A DNA stretch of 12,901 nucleotides from contig JBNMOZ010000092.1 of the NCBI GenBank assembly GCA_051276005.1, positions 1 through 12,901 on the forward strand, written 5' to 3'. The notes beneath the pieces were generated by a model that did no database searches, was not told where the DNA came from, and saw only the letters and a program-made list of their open reading frames with translations. The stretch's first letter is position 1, and each line of letters begins with the position of its first letter. The translations under genes and the position numbers were made by a program. Source of the stretch: Bradymonadia bacterium. GTDB lineage: Bacteria; Myxococcota_A; Bradymonadia; UBA7976; UBA1532. This document shows positions 6,855 through 12,901 of the stretch, piece after piece.

Positions 6855-8099
6855 TCATCCTCCTCGGGGTCCGAAAAGCGCAGTGCCGATGCGCACATGG
6901 GTCGCGCCCTCGGCGATGGCGTCGGCGAAGTCGGCCGACATGCCCATCGATCGCACCGGCAGGCTCAGCGCGTCGGCTAGAGTCCGTATCGTCTCAAAGT
7001 GTGGGCGCGGCGGCTGACCCGCGGGCGGGATGCACATGAGCCCCTGCACCGTCAGCCCGTCCACCGCGTTGAGGGCGTTGACCAGGCCGTTGACTTCGCC
7101 CGGCGCGGCCCCACCCTTCTGCGGCTCATCGCCCACGTTGACCTGCACCAGGACGTCGAGGGATCGCCCCACGTCGACCGCGCCGCGCGCGAGCGCCTCA
7201 CCCACCCGCAGCCGGTCGACCGCGTGCACCATGTTGGCGTGGGCGCCGATGAACCGGGCCTTGTTGCGCTGCACGCGCCCGATGAAGTGCCAGTTGGGCG
7301 CGGGCCAGGACGGCGGGGCGGCGCTGAAGGCCTCGATCTTGGCCTTCCACTCCTGCACGTAGCTCTCGCCGAGGGGCACGAGCCCGATGCGCACCGCCTC
7401 GCGCAGCTTCGCGACGCTGTGGCCCTTGCTCACGGCGATGATGGTCGGCTCGGCGCGCCCGATGCTTGCCGTCGCGACGGCCTCTCGGACGCGGGCCGCT
7501 CGCACGGCAAGATCACCGGGAAAGGTCGAGATGCCCAGCGCCTGCAGATCGGCGCAGACCGACGCGATGGGCAGGCCGACCACGCCATCGTATGGCCCAT
7601 CGATGTGCTCGACGAATCCACCCGCGCCGCTCTGGATGCCGTAAGCGCCGGCCTTGTCGAAGGGGTCGCCCGACGCGATATAGGCCCCAATCATGCTCGA
7701 ATTGAGGGCCTTGAACCGCACGGATGTCGACGTATGACCCACCCGCAGATCGCCGCCAGGGCTGGTCCCTCGCGCGAGCGCCCAGGCGGTGATCACCTGG
7801 TGGGTCTGCCCGGAGAGTCGCCCCAGCATGTCGCCGGCTTCGGTCGCGTCGGCGGGCTTGCCCAAGATGTGCCCGCCGATCGTCACGACGGTGTCGCTGC
7901 CCAGCGCCCAACGCCCGTCACGGGTGCCCGCGACGGCCTTCTCTTCGGCCATTCGGCAGGCGAACGCGAGCGGCGCTTCGCCGGGGTGCGGCGTCTCGTC
8001 GAGATCGACCGGGCAGACCTCGACGGGCACGCCGACGCTCGCCATGAAGGCACGTCGCCGGGGCGAAGCAGAGGCCAGAATCAACAGATCTTTACTCAT
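6855..8099 (-). CDS. Bifunctional fusion: N-terminal Maf-family nucleoside-triphosphate pyrophosphatase + C-terminal YggS/PLPBP-family PLP-binding protein
   Basis: Single uninterrupted 414-codon ORF with ATG at 8099. The N-terminal half carries Maf hallmarks: LILASASPRRR, AEEKA, LGSDTVV, ILGKPAD, DKAGAYGIQ. The C-terminal half carries YggS hallmarks: IIAVSK (Lys codon 7425-7427), WHFIGRVQRNK, SMGMSADF, HVRIGTALFGPR. The junction ...CADLQALGISTFPGDLAVRAARV... has no stop or frameshift. Confidence 0.9.
   Translation of the reverse strand: MSKDLLILASASPRRRAFMASVGVPVEVCPVDLDETPHPGEAPLAFACRMAEEKAVAGTRDGRWALGSDTVVTIGGHILGKPADATEAGDMLGRLSGQTHQVITAWALARGTSPGGDLRVGHTSTSVRFKALNSSMIGAYIASGDPFDKAGAYGIQSGAGGFVEHIDGPYDGVVGLPIASVCADLQALGISTFPGDLAVRAARVREAVATASIGRAEPTIIAVSKGHSVAKLREAVRIGLVPLGESYVQEWKAKIEAFSAAPPSWPAPNWHFIGRVQRNKARFIGAHANMVHAVDRLRVGEALARGAVDVGRSLDVLVQVNVGDEPQKGGAAPGEVNGLVNALNAVDGLTVQGLMCIPPAGQPPRPHFETIRTLADALSLPVRSMGMSADFADAIAEGATHVRIGTALFGPRGG
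6858..7514 (-). other. YggS/PLPBP (TIM-barrel PLP-binding) domain of the fusion protein (residues about 196-414; boundary approximate)
   Basis: Begins DLAVRAARVREAVATASIGRAEPTIIAVSK, as at the N-terminus of stand-alone YggS proteins, and ends ...VRIGTALFGPRGG. Confidence 0.8.
7530..8099 (-). other. Maf domain of the fusion protein (residues 1 to about 190; boundary approximate)
   Basis: Motifs listed above all fall in residues 8-156. The domain ends about ...GLPIASVCADLQALGI. Confidence 0.8.
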
Positions 8100-8175
8100 C
8101 GATGCGAGCCTAGTCTGGAACGTGCGCGAGCGGTAGTCGCCCGAAACGGGCCACCCGGCCGGCGACCCGATGCGG

Positions 8176-8997
8176 TCAGCTGAGCTGGGCGCGCAACACC
8201 TCGATGACCCGAGCGACCGCCTTCTGGGTGAGGCTGCCCGCCGCGTTGACCAGATCGGTCGTCAGCACCGAGTGGGGCGTGGGTCCGCCGGTCACCTTAT
8301 TGTGCGCTGAGTCCGGCAGCACGATCGCCTCGAATCGATCACCCGCCATGGCCCGAATCGAGTCAAACCGCGCGCGCGGGCACATGCGATCGCCCTCGAA
8401 GCGAAGGCCAAGGATGGGCACATCGACCCGCTCGGCGACGATGGCCTTCTCTTCGGGGCTCATATGCAGCGCGCCAGTCATCAGACCCGGCAGACCCGGC
8501 TGGCTGGCCACCGCCGCGATCACGGCGGGCTCGCACACCAACGTCAGCGCGAAGTTGCCCGACATGCACATGCCAATAACCCCGATGCCCTTGCCGCCCA
8601 CATCGGCGTGGGCAACCCGCGCGAGGGCCCGCAGCCATTGGGTGACCGGGCTGGCGTGGTTGCGCGCGAAGACGTGAATCTCGCGCGAGATGCACGCCCG
8701 GATGATGCCGCGCGCGATGCCGTAGGGCGTGGGCGTTCGGCTGCCGGGCTTCGCGAACAGGTCGGGCACGAAGACCGTGAACCCCGCGGCGACCAGCCAG
8801 TTGCCCAGTCGCCACAGCTCGGGGTTGATGCCGGGCATCTCGATCATCAGCAGCACGGCTGGCCCCGCACCCGCGCGGTAGACGGGGTGATGCATGCCGC
8901 CGTGCTCAAAGTCGAAACAGTCGGCGAAGACCGTGGTGTTCGCACGGGCCGGGTCGAGGATCGTCTCGAGCGCGAGGATCGGTTCAATGGGTGTCAT
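8176..8997 (-). CDS. Dienelactone hydrolase-family alpha/beta hydrolase (Cys nucleophile type)
   Basis: ATG at 8997, TGA at 8176. Nucleophile elbow G-x-C-x-G (VIGMCMSGNF) as in dienelactone hydrolases. Candidate acid/His downstream (FEGDRMCP, LPDSAHNK). No signal peptide. GC3-rich frame. Confidence 0.8.
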   Translation of the reverse strand: MTPIEPILALETILDPARANTTVFADCFDFEHGGMHHPVYRAGAGPAVLLMIEMPGINPELWRLGNWLVAAGFTVFVPDLFAKPGSRTPTPYGIARGIIRACISREIHVFARNHASPVTQWLRALARVAHADVGGKGIGVIGMCMSGNFALTLVCEPAVIAAVASQPGLPGLMTGALHMSPEEKAIVAERVDVPILGLRFEGDRMCPRARFDSIRAMAGDRFEAIVLPDSAHNKVTGGPTPHSVLTTDLVNAAGSLTQKAVARVIEVLRAQLS

Positions 8998-9143
8998 GTG
9001 TCCAATAATAACGCGGAACCCGAATTTTTAATCCAGCCTTTTCAGGCACTTGTGAAATTAGTTCAAATTTTTCTGCGACACGGCGGCCGTGCGCCCGATG
9101 GGGAAGGTGAGCGCCACTTTCGCTGCGCCCCGAGGAGCCTGTC
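8998..9143. promoter_or_regulatory. Divergent promoter region between the hydrolase gene (minus) and the lipoprotein gene (plus)
   Basis: 146-bp gap between divergent start codons. 9001-9080 is conspicuously AT-rich (ccaataataacgcggaacccgaatttttaatccagccttttcaggcacttgtgaaattagttcaaattttt) in an otherwise GC-rich window. SD GAGGAG at 9132-9137, 6 nt before ATG 9144. I could not assign -35/-10 boxes by eye. Confidence 0.5.
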
Positions 9144-11186
9144 ATGTCTGTCCGATTCTCGAAGATTGCCGCCCTGATCGCCCAAGTCGCCTTCATCTGC
9201 TGCGCCACCGCCGCGTGTGACGACGCGACCGCCCCGCCGCCCGCGGTCGCCGGAACGCTCGACCCTGGCCCGCTCGACCCTGGCCCGCTCGACCCTGGCC
9301 CGCTCGACCCGGGGCCTGTCGCCCCGTCGACCCGGGCACCGTCGCCGAACCCGCCGCACCTCATGGACGCCTCCACCCCCTCCATCGCAGCGCCGGTGAT
9401 GGTCGACCCGATCACCAACGCCGCGACCTGCTTCGCCAGCCCCGAGCGCTGCAACGCGATCGACGATGATTGCGATGGCGGCATCGATGAGGGCCTGCGC
9501 AACGCCTGCGGTGAATGCGGCCCCGCGGCCGCCGAGCTGTGCAACGGCGAAGACGACGACTGCGATGGCGTCATCGACGAGGACGCGATGGGCGTGGGCG
9601 TCGACTGCACGACGGCTCTGGGCGCGTGCCGTCAAACCGGCCTGCGATCCTGCGACGATGGCGCGCTGCGCTGCGCCACGCCGGCGGTCGTCGAGCCGGT
9701 CGCTGAGCGCTGCGATGCCATCGACAATGACTGCGACGGCGTCACCGATGAGGCGCTCGCCCTGGGCGAGATCTGCGCTGTCGGTCGGGGCGCCTGCGCG
9801 GCGAGCGGCATCCTCATCTGCGACGCGCGGACGGACAGCGTCATTTGCTCCGCCGATCCCGGACCAGCTGCCCCCGATGTCTGTGACGGCGAAGACAACG
9901 ACTGCGACGGCGTCACCGACGAGCAGAGCGTGATCGCTGATGCCTGCATGTCGGCGCTGGGTGCCGTCTGCCAGCGCCAAGGCGCCATGATCTGCGCCGC
10001 CGACGGTCCGGCCTGCGGCGCGCCGATGCCGACGGCAGGCGAATGCGCCCAAGCTCGGCCGACGACCGTCGACGCCAACGACCGCTTCGCCTGCGCGATC
10101 AACGCGGATGCCCAGGTCAAGTGCTGGGGCGACGTGCGCTTTTTGGGCGGCGCAGCGCTGATTGGTGACGATCGAAACGAGCTGGGTGGGCGTCTGCAGC
10201 CGATCGATCTCGCCATGCCGGTGCACAGCGTCGCCGTGGGCGGCGACTTCGGGTGCGCGCTGAGCGCCGACAGTCAGCTTAAGTGCTGGGGACAGAACGC
10301 GGCGGGCCAGCTGGGCCAGGGCGACCGGATCGCTCGCGGCGCAGACTTCAAAGACATGGCGCACGCGCTGCACAGCATCGACCTCGACATGCGCCCCGTC
10401 CAGGTCGTCGCGGGCGCCGCGTTCGCCTGCGCGCTCGATGATGTCGGTCAGGTCAAGTGCTGGGGCGACAACGTGATGGGCAGCTTGGGCCAGGGCGATC
10501 TGAGCGTGCGCGGCGATCAGCCTGACGAGATGGGCCGCGCGCTTCCGGCCGTCGATCTGGGCGACTTCGCCCCCATCAAGCTGGCCGCGGGCGACGCGCA
10601 TGTGTGCGGCCTCGACGCCCAGGGCACCGTCAAGTGCTGGGGCGCCAACGACCACCAGCAGCTCGCCGTGATGGGGCGCGACAACCACCGCGGCGACGAC
10701 GCCGACGAGATGGGGGCACAGCTGCCCGTCGTCGGCCTGCGCGCCAACATCGTCGACATCGCGGCGGGCCCGCGCCACACCTGCGCCGTCAGCGAGCTGG
10801 GCGCGGTGGACTGCTGGGGCGAAGGGTACGGCTTCGCGCCCGTCGGCCTGAACCTGCGTGACCATGCGGCGGTCACGGTCAATGCCGGCGCCCAGACCTG
10901 CATCCTTGATGACGCCGGCACCACGGTGTGCTGGGGGCTCATCGATGGCATCGCCCAGATCGACGATCCCGCCCTGCCCGGCACGATCCATCGCGTGGCG
11001 CTGCCTCGCCCGACCGTCGAATTGGCCACCAGCGCCGCGATGAACTGCGCCGTCGACGTCGACGGCGACCTGCGCTGCTGGGGTCGCAATGAGGTGGGGC
11101 AGCTGGGCCAGGGCGACGTGCGCGACCGCACCGCCGCCGACGTGATGGACCTGTTCCCCGTGTCGCTGGACGACCAGCAGCTTTAG
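9144..11186 (+). CDS. Secreted probable lipoprotein: (LDPGP)x4 linker, four MopE-type Cys-rich putative metal-binding motifs, C-terminal 7-blade RCC1-like beta-propeller
   Basis: ATG 9144 with a strong SD. Signal peptide MSVRFSKIAALIAQVAFICCATAA|C, with a lipobox-like ATAAC at Cys25. Motifs CNAIDDDCDGGIDE (9450-9491), CNGEDDDCDGVIDE (9540-9581), CDAIDNDCDGVTDE (9711-9752), CDGEDNDCDGVTDE (9882-9923). Seven blade signatures: FACAINADAQVKCWGD, FGCALSADSQLKCWGQNAAGQLGQGD, FACALDDVGQVKCWGDNVMGSLGQGD, HVCGLDAQGTVKCWGAND, HTCAVSELGAVDCWGEG, QTCILDDAGTTVCWG, MNCAVDVDGDLRCWGRNEVGQLGQGD. TAG at 11184-11186. Confidence 0.9.
   Translation: MSVRFSKIAALIAQVAFICCATAACDDATAPPPAVAGTLDPGPLDPGPLDPGPLDPGPVAPSTRAPSPNPPHLMDASTPSIAAPVMVDPITNAATCFASPERCNAIDDDCDGGIDEGLRNACGECGPAAAELCNGEDDDCDGVIDEDAMGVGVDCTTALGACRQTGLRSCDDGALRCATPAVVEPVAERCDAIDNDCDGVTDEALALGEICAVGRGACAASGILICDARTDSVICSADPGPAAPDVCDGEDNDCDGVTDEQSVIADACMSALGAVCQRQGAMICAADGPACGAPMPTAGECAQARPTTVDANDRFACAINADAQVKCWGDVRFLGGAALIGDDRNELGGRLQPIDLAMPVHSVAVGGDFGCALSADSQLKCWGQNAAGQLGQGDRIARGADFKDMAHALHSIDLDMRPVQVVAGAAFACALDDVGQVKCWGDNVMGSLGQGDLSVRGDQPDEMGRALPAVDLGDFAPIKLAAGDAHVCGLDAQGTVKCWGANDHQQLAVMGRDNHRGDDADEMGAQLPVVGLRANIVDIAAGPRHTCAVSELGAVDCWGEGYGFAPVGLNLRDHAAVTVNAGAQTCILDDAGTTVCWGLIDGIAQIDDPALPGTIHRVALPRPTVELATSAAMNCAVDVDGDLRCWGRNEVGQLGQGDVRDRTAADVMDLFPVSLDDQQL
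9258..9317 (+). repeat. Codon-aligned 15-bp tandem repeat, 3 perfect + 1 degenerate copies, encoding (LDPGP)x4
   Basis: ctcgaccctggcccg at 9258-9272, 9273-9287 and 9288-9302 (identical). The fourth copy, ctcgacccggggcct at 9303-9317, has 3 mismatches but the same peptide. Confidence 0.95.
9429..10046 (+). other. Cys-rich region with four MopE-type motifs; modules 2-4 are ~57-aa repeats (motif + C-x5-G-x-C...C...C)
   Basis: Residues 96-301. The motif is followed in modules 2-4 by similarly spaced cysteines: DCTTALGACRQTGLRSCDDGALRC, ICAVGRGACAASGILICDARTDSVIC, ACMSALGAVCQRQGAMICAADGPAC. Confidence 0.8.
10077..11183 (+). other. RCC1-like seven-bladed propeller domain
   Basis: Seven C-W-G strand signatures at residues 327, 381, 439, 498, 557, 596 and 645, spaced 39-59 aa. 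Three carry the canonical G-Q/S-L-G-Q-G-D turn. Confidence 0.85.
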
Positions 11187-11194
11187 CTTCGTTC

Positions 11195-11214
11195 AGGCTC
11201 AGGCGCCTCAGCCT
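11195..11214. terminator. Imperfect GC-rich hairpin between convergent genes (possible bidirectional terminator)
   Basis: aggctcagg-cg-cctcagcct: 5 bp + a C.C mismatch + 2-3 bp, centred in the 45-bp gap between the TAG (11186) of the plus gene and the TAG (11232-11234, minus) of the ligase gene. No U-tract on either side. Confidence 0.3.
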
Positions 11215-11231
11215 CGGTGCGCGAGGCGGCT

Positions 11232-12209
11232 CTACCGAAGGCCCGCGGCGAGCTCGAAGGCGTCGAGCAGCGGGGTGGTGAAGTCGACGCCGCTGAAGCG
11301 CTCGGCGTCGCCCAGTCCGCCCGGACTGAACACGTTGACCTCGACGACCTTCGAGCCGATCAAGTCGAGGCCCACCAAGAACAAGCCGTCCGCCGCGAGC
11401 TGCGGGGCCACGGCCGCCGAGATGACCTCGACCCCCGGAATTTCGGTGACCAGCTCGGCGGATCCACCCCGAAACACATTGCTGCGAAAGTCGCCCTTGG
11501 GCGGCCGCCGGCGCACCGCCGCGAAGGCGCCATCGACCTTGAGCGGCACCCCGTTGACGAGCAGCACCCGCACGTCGCCATCCACCGCCTCAGGCACGTA
11601 GCCCTGCGCCATCACCGGGCCTTGCCGACACAGCACGTCGATGATCTGCGCCAGGTTATCGGCGCCGGCCTGCACCCGAAATACATCGGTGCCCCGCGTG
11701 CCTATCAGCGGCTTGAGCACCACCGGGCCCCCCGCGTCGGCCACGAAGGCGCGCAGCTGTTCAGGCCGCTGGGCGACCAGCGTCGGCGGGCGCACCGACT
11801 CGGGCAGATGATGCAGGTACAGCTTCGTCTCGGCGCGATGCAGACCCAGGGGGTGATTGAGGATCGCGACGCCCCGATCGGCCGCGATCTCCAAGATCGC
11901 CAGCGCTGCGCCATGCACGTCCGGTCGGCTGTAGCGGCCCGGGTTGGTGCGCAGCCAGACGGCGTCGCCCACCGCCAGCGTGCAAGCCGCCTCGGGGGTG
12001 TGCTGCAAAGCCCCAAGCATCGCCTCGATGGTCTTCGTCGGGGTCACCGTGCGCGCCGCCAACCGCACCTGCCCCGCGGGATCGATGCTCAACCCGTCGA
12101 TGGGGCAGACCGTCACGGCGTGTCCGCGCTGCGCCAGGCGCAGGACCAGCTGAGCGGTGGTCTGCGATGGCGATAACGTGCTGACTTCATTGATAATAAC
12201 ATGGATCAT
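11232..12209 (-). CDS. Glutathione-synthetase-like (GshB family) ATP-grasp ligase; substrate uncertain
   Basis: ATG at 12209 overlaps the upstream stop (ATGA). The protein is collinear with E. coli GshB motifs as I recall them: ILNHPLGLHRAETKL (cf VINKPQSLRDCNEKL), VLKPLIGTRGTDVFRV (cf ILKPLDGMGGASIFRV), MAQGYVPEAVDGDVRVLLVNG (cf MAQNYLPAIKDGDKRVLVVDG), GLFLVGLDLIGSKVVEVNVFSP (cf GLIFVGLDIIGDRLTEINVTSP). The N-terminus MIHVIINEVSTLSPSQTTAQLVLRLAQRGHAV resembles the GshB N-domain. Confidence 0.85.
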   Translation of the reverse strand: MIHVIINEVSTLSPSQTTAQLVLRLAQRGHAVTVCPIDGLSIDPAGQVRLAARTVTPTKTIEAMLGALQHTPEAACTLAVGDAVWLRTNPGRYSRPDVHGAALAILEIAADRGVAILNHPLGLHRAETKLYLHHLPESVRPPTLVAQRPEQLRAFVADAGGPVVLKPLIGTRGTDVFRVQAGADNLAQIIDVLCRQGPVMAQGYVPEAVDGDVRVLLVNGVPLKVDGAFAAVRRRPPKGDFRSNVFRGGSAELVTEIPGVEVISAAVAPQLAADGLFLVGLDLIGSKVVEVNVFSPGGLGDAERFSGVDFTTPLLDAFELAAGLR

Positions 12210-12901
12210 GGGTCACCCTTGGCGACGTCCTTGAGCGCGTCGAGTCGCCCCAGGTGCAGGATGCGCGAGCCCGTCGGCGCCACCGGGTCGGTGCTCTTGC
12301 CGATCACCACGCCCCGCAGCGGCGCCGTGTATGTATGCACCGGATCGCCAAAGATGTTGGTGAGCCGGGCGATGGCCTCGCCCTCTTCGACCACTGCGCC
12401 CACGTCGGGCAGCACCGTGAGCAGCCCGCCATGCTGGGTGTACATCCACGCGCTGCTGCGGCAGACGAGGGGGTCGGGCACCTCAGCCGGCTTGCGGCGC
12501 GGGATGATCTTCTCGGCGGCCAGGACGGCGCGAATACCGGCCAGCGCGCGCCGCACGAACCGCGGCTGAAACAGCTGGGGATCGCCGATCTCGAGGGTGA
12601 TCGCGTGCAGCCCCATCGCACAGGCGGCGCCGCGCAGCGTGCCGTCGGTCGGCGGGTCGTGCAGGATCACCAGCGGGCGCTGCAGCCGGGCCATGCGGGC
12701 GGTGGTCGGATCGCCCATATCGGCGCGCACATACATGCAGTTGACGCGACCCGCGCTCGCGGTGTGCAGGTCGAAGAGGAAGTCGCCCTTGCGCACGATG
12801 CGCTCGATGAACCGCGCCGCGTAGCTGTCGGCCTCGTCACCGTCGGCGCGCCCAGGCATGCGGTGGTTGAGGTCGGCCCGCTCGGTGAACATGCGTCGGC
12901 G
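12206..12901 (-). CDS. Succinylglutamate desuccinylase/aspartoacylase (AstE/AspA)-family zinc deacylase, C-terminal ~230 codons; 5' end beyond the right edge
   Basis: The frame stays open to the window edge (codons RRR precede the Met at 12892). ADLNHRMPG matches the family DLNRxFPG motif, which normally lies ~60-100 residues into the protein, so the true start is off-window. It also has a zinc-His context (FDLHTAS), a catalytic-Glu context (ITLEIG) and a C-terminal beta domain (GGLLTVLPDVGAVVEEGEAIARL). TGA at 12206-12208. Confidence 0.85.
   Translation of the reverse strand, partial: RRRMFTERADLNHRMPGRADGDEADSYAARFIERIVRKGDFLFDLHTASAGRVNCMYVRADMGDPTTARMARLQRPLVILHDPPTDGTLRGAACAMGLHAITLEIGDPQLFQPRFVRRALAGIRAVLAAEKIIPRRKPAEVPDPLVCRSSAWMYTQHGGLLTVLPDVGAVVEEGEAIARLTNIFGDPVHTYTAPLRGVVIGKSTDPVAPTGSRILHLGRLDALKDVAKGDP

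Noticed and set aside
6845-6898. Longer proC start at ATG 6898 as given by the ORF track (MCASALRFSDPEEDEVPQ...)
   Set aside because: It would overlap the maf::yggS 3' end by 44 nt and add an uncharacteristic 18-aa extension. ATG 6844 has a GAGGTG Shine-Dalgarno at correct spacing and puts the GxGxxG fold near the N-terminus, as in known ProC.
8139-8151. Small GC hairpin gcccg-aaa-cgggc in the 76-bp gap between the hydrolase stop and the maf::yggS start, considered as a terminator
   Set aside because: It has only a 5-bp stem with a 3-nt loop and no U-tract on the minus strand. That is too weak to call, and the gap may simply hold the operon promoter.
4518-8183. Plus-strand ORFs 4518..6194 (558 aa), 6056..7039 (327 aa) and 6999..8183 (394 aa) antisense to the peptidase, divIVA, proC and maf::yggS genes
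   Set aside because: They span several well-supported minus-strand genes, have shadow-frame composition and carry no motifs. They are GC-driven lack-of-stop artefacts.
8984-10991. Minus-strand ORFs 9063..10991 (642 aa) and 8984..9610 (208 aa) opposite the lipoprotein gene; also plus ORF 11217..12176 opposite the ligase gene
   Set aside because: These are antisense shadows of genes with strong domain evidence (RCC1/MopE motifs, GshB motifs). Their translations are low-complexity, R/G/A/D-rich text.
9258-11183. Repetitive DNA in the lipoprotein gene (15-bp repeats, four DDDCDG motifs, seven CWG blades), considered as a CRISPR-like or mobile repeat array
   Set aside because: All repeats are in-frame, protein-coding domain repeats with no spacer/repeat regularity at CRISPR scale. 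There are no cas genes, terminal inverted repeats or transposase.

Overview
GC-rich bacterial chromosomal window; in every gene called below, codon third positions are almost always G/C. The gene content (MopE-type Cys-rich motifs fused to an RCC1 propeller, a giant TPR protein) suggests a Myxococcota/Bradymonadota-like organism, but that is inference only. I support nine protein-coding genes. On the minus strand: (1) a giant TPR-repeat gene, 1..4302, missing from the ORF track because it runs off the left edge without a stop; (2) a membrane-tethered HExxH gluzincin; (3) DivIVA; (4) ProC; (5) a single-ORF Maf::YggS fusion; (6) a dienelactone-hydrolase-family protein. On the plus strand: (7) a probable lipoprotein with an (LDPGP)x4 tandem repeat, four MopE-type C-x-x-D-D-D-C-D-G-x-x-D-E motifs and a 7-blade RCC1-like propeller. 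On the minus strand again: (8) a GshB-like ATP-grasp ligase, translationally coupled (ATGA overlap) to (9) an AstE/AspA-family deacylase that runs off the right edge. I recognised no rRNA, tRNA, CRISPR array, transposase/integrase, phage gene or classical defence/toxin domain. Most long ORFs on the opposite strand of these genes are GC-driven antisense shadows. I see no clear-cut novel multi-gene system. The best candidates for follow-up are the Maf::YggS fusion inside a rewired, tightly coupled yggS-proC-divIVA-protease operon, the ligase/deacylase pair at the right edge (incomplete in the window), the strictly 216-nt-phased giant TPR protein, and the MopE/RCC1 lipoprotein.
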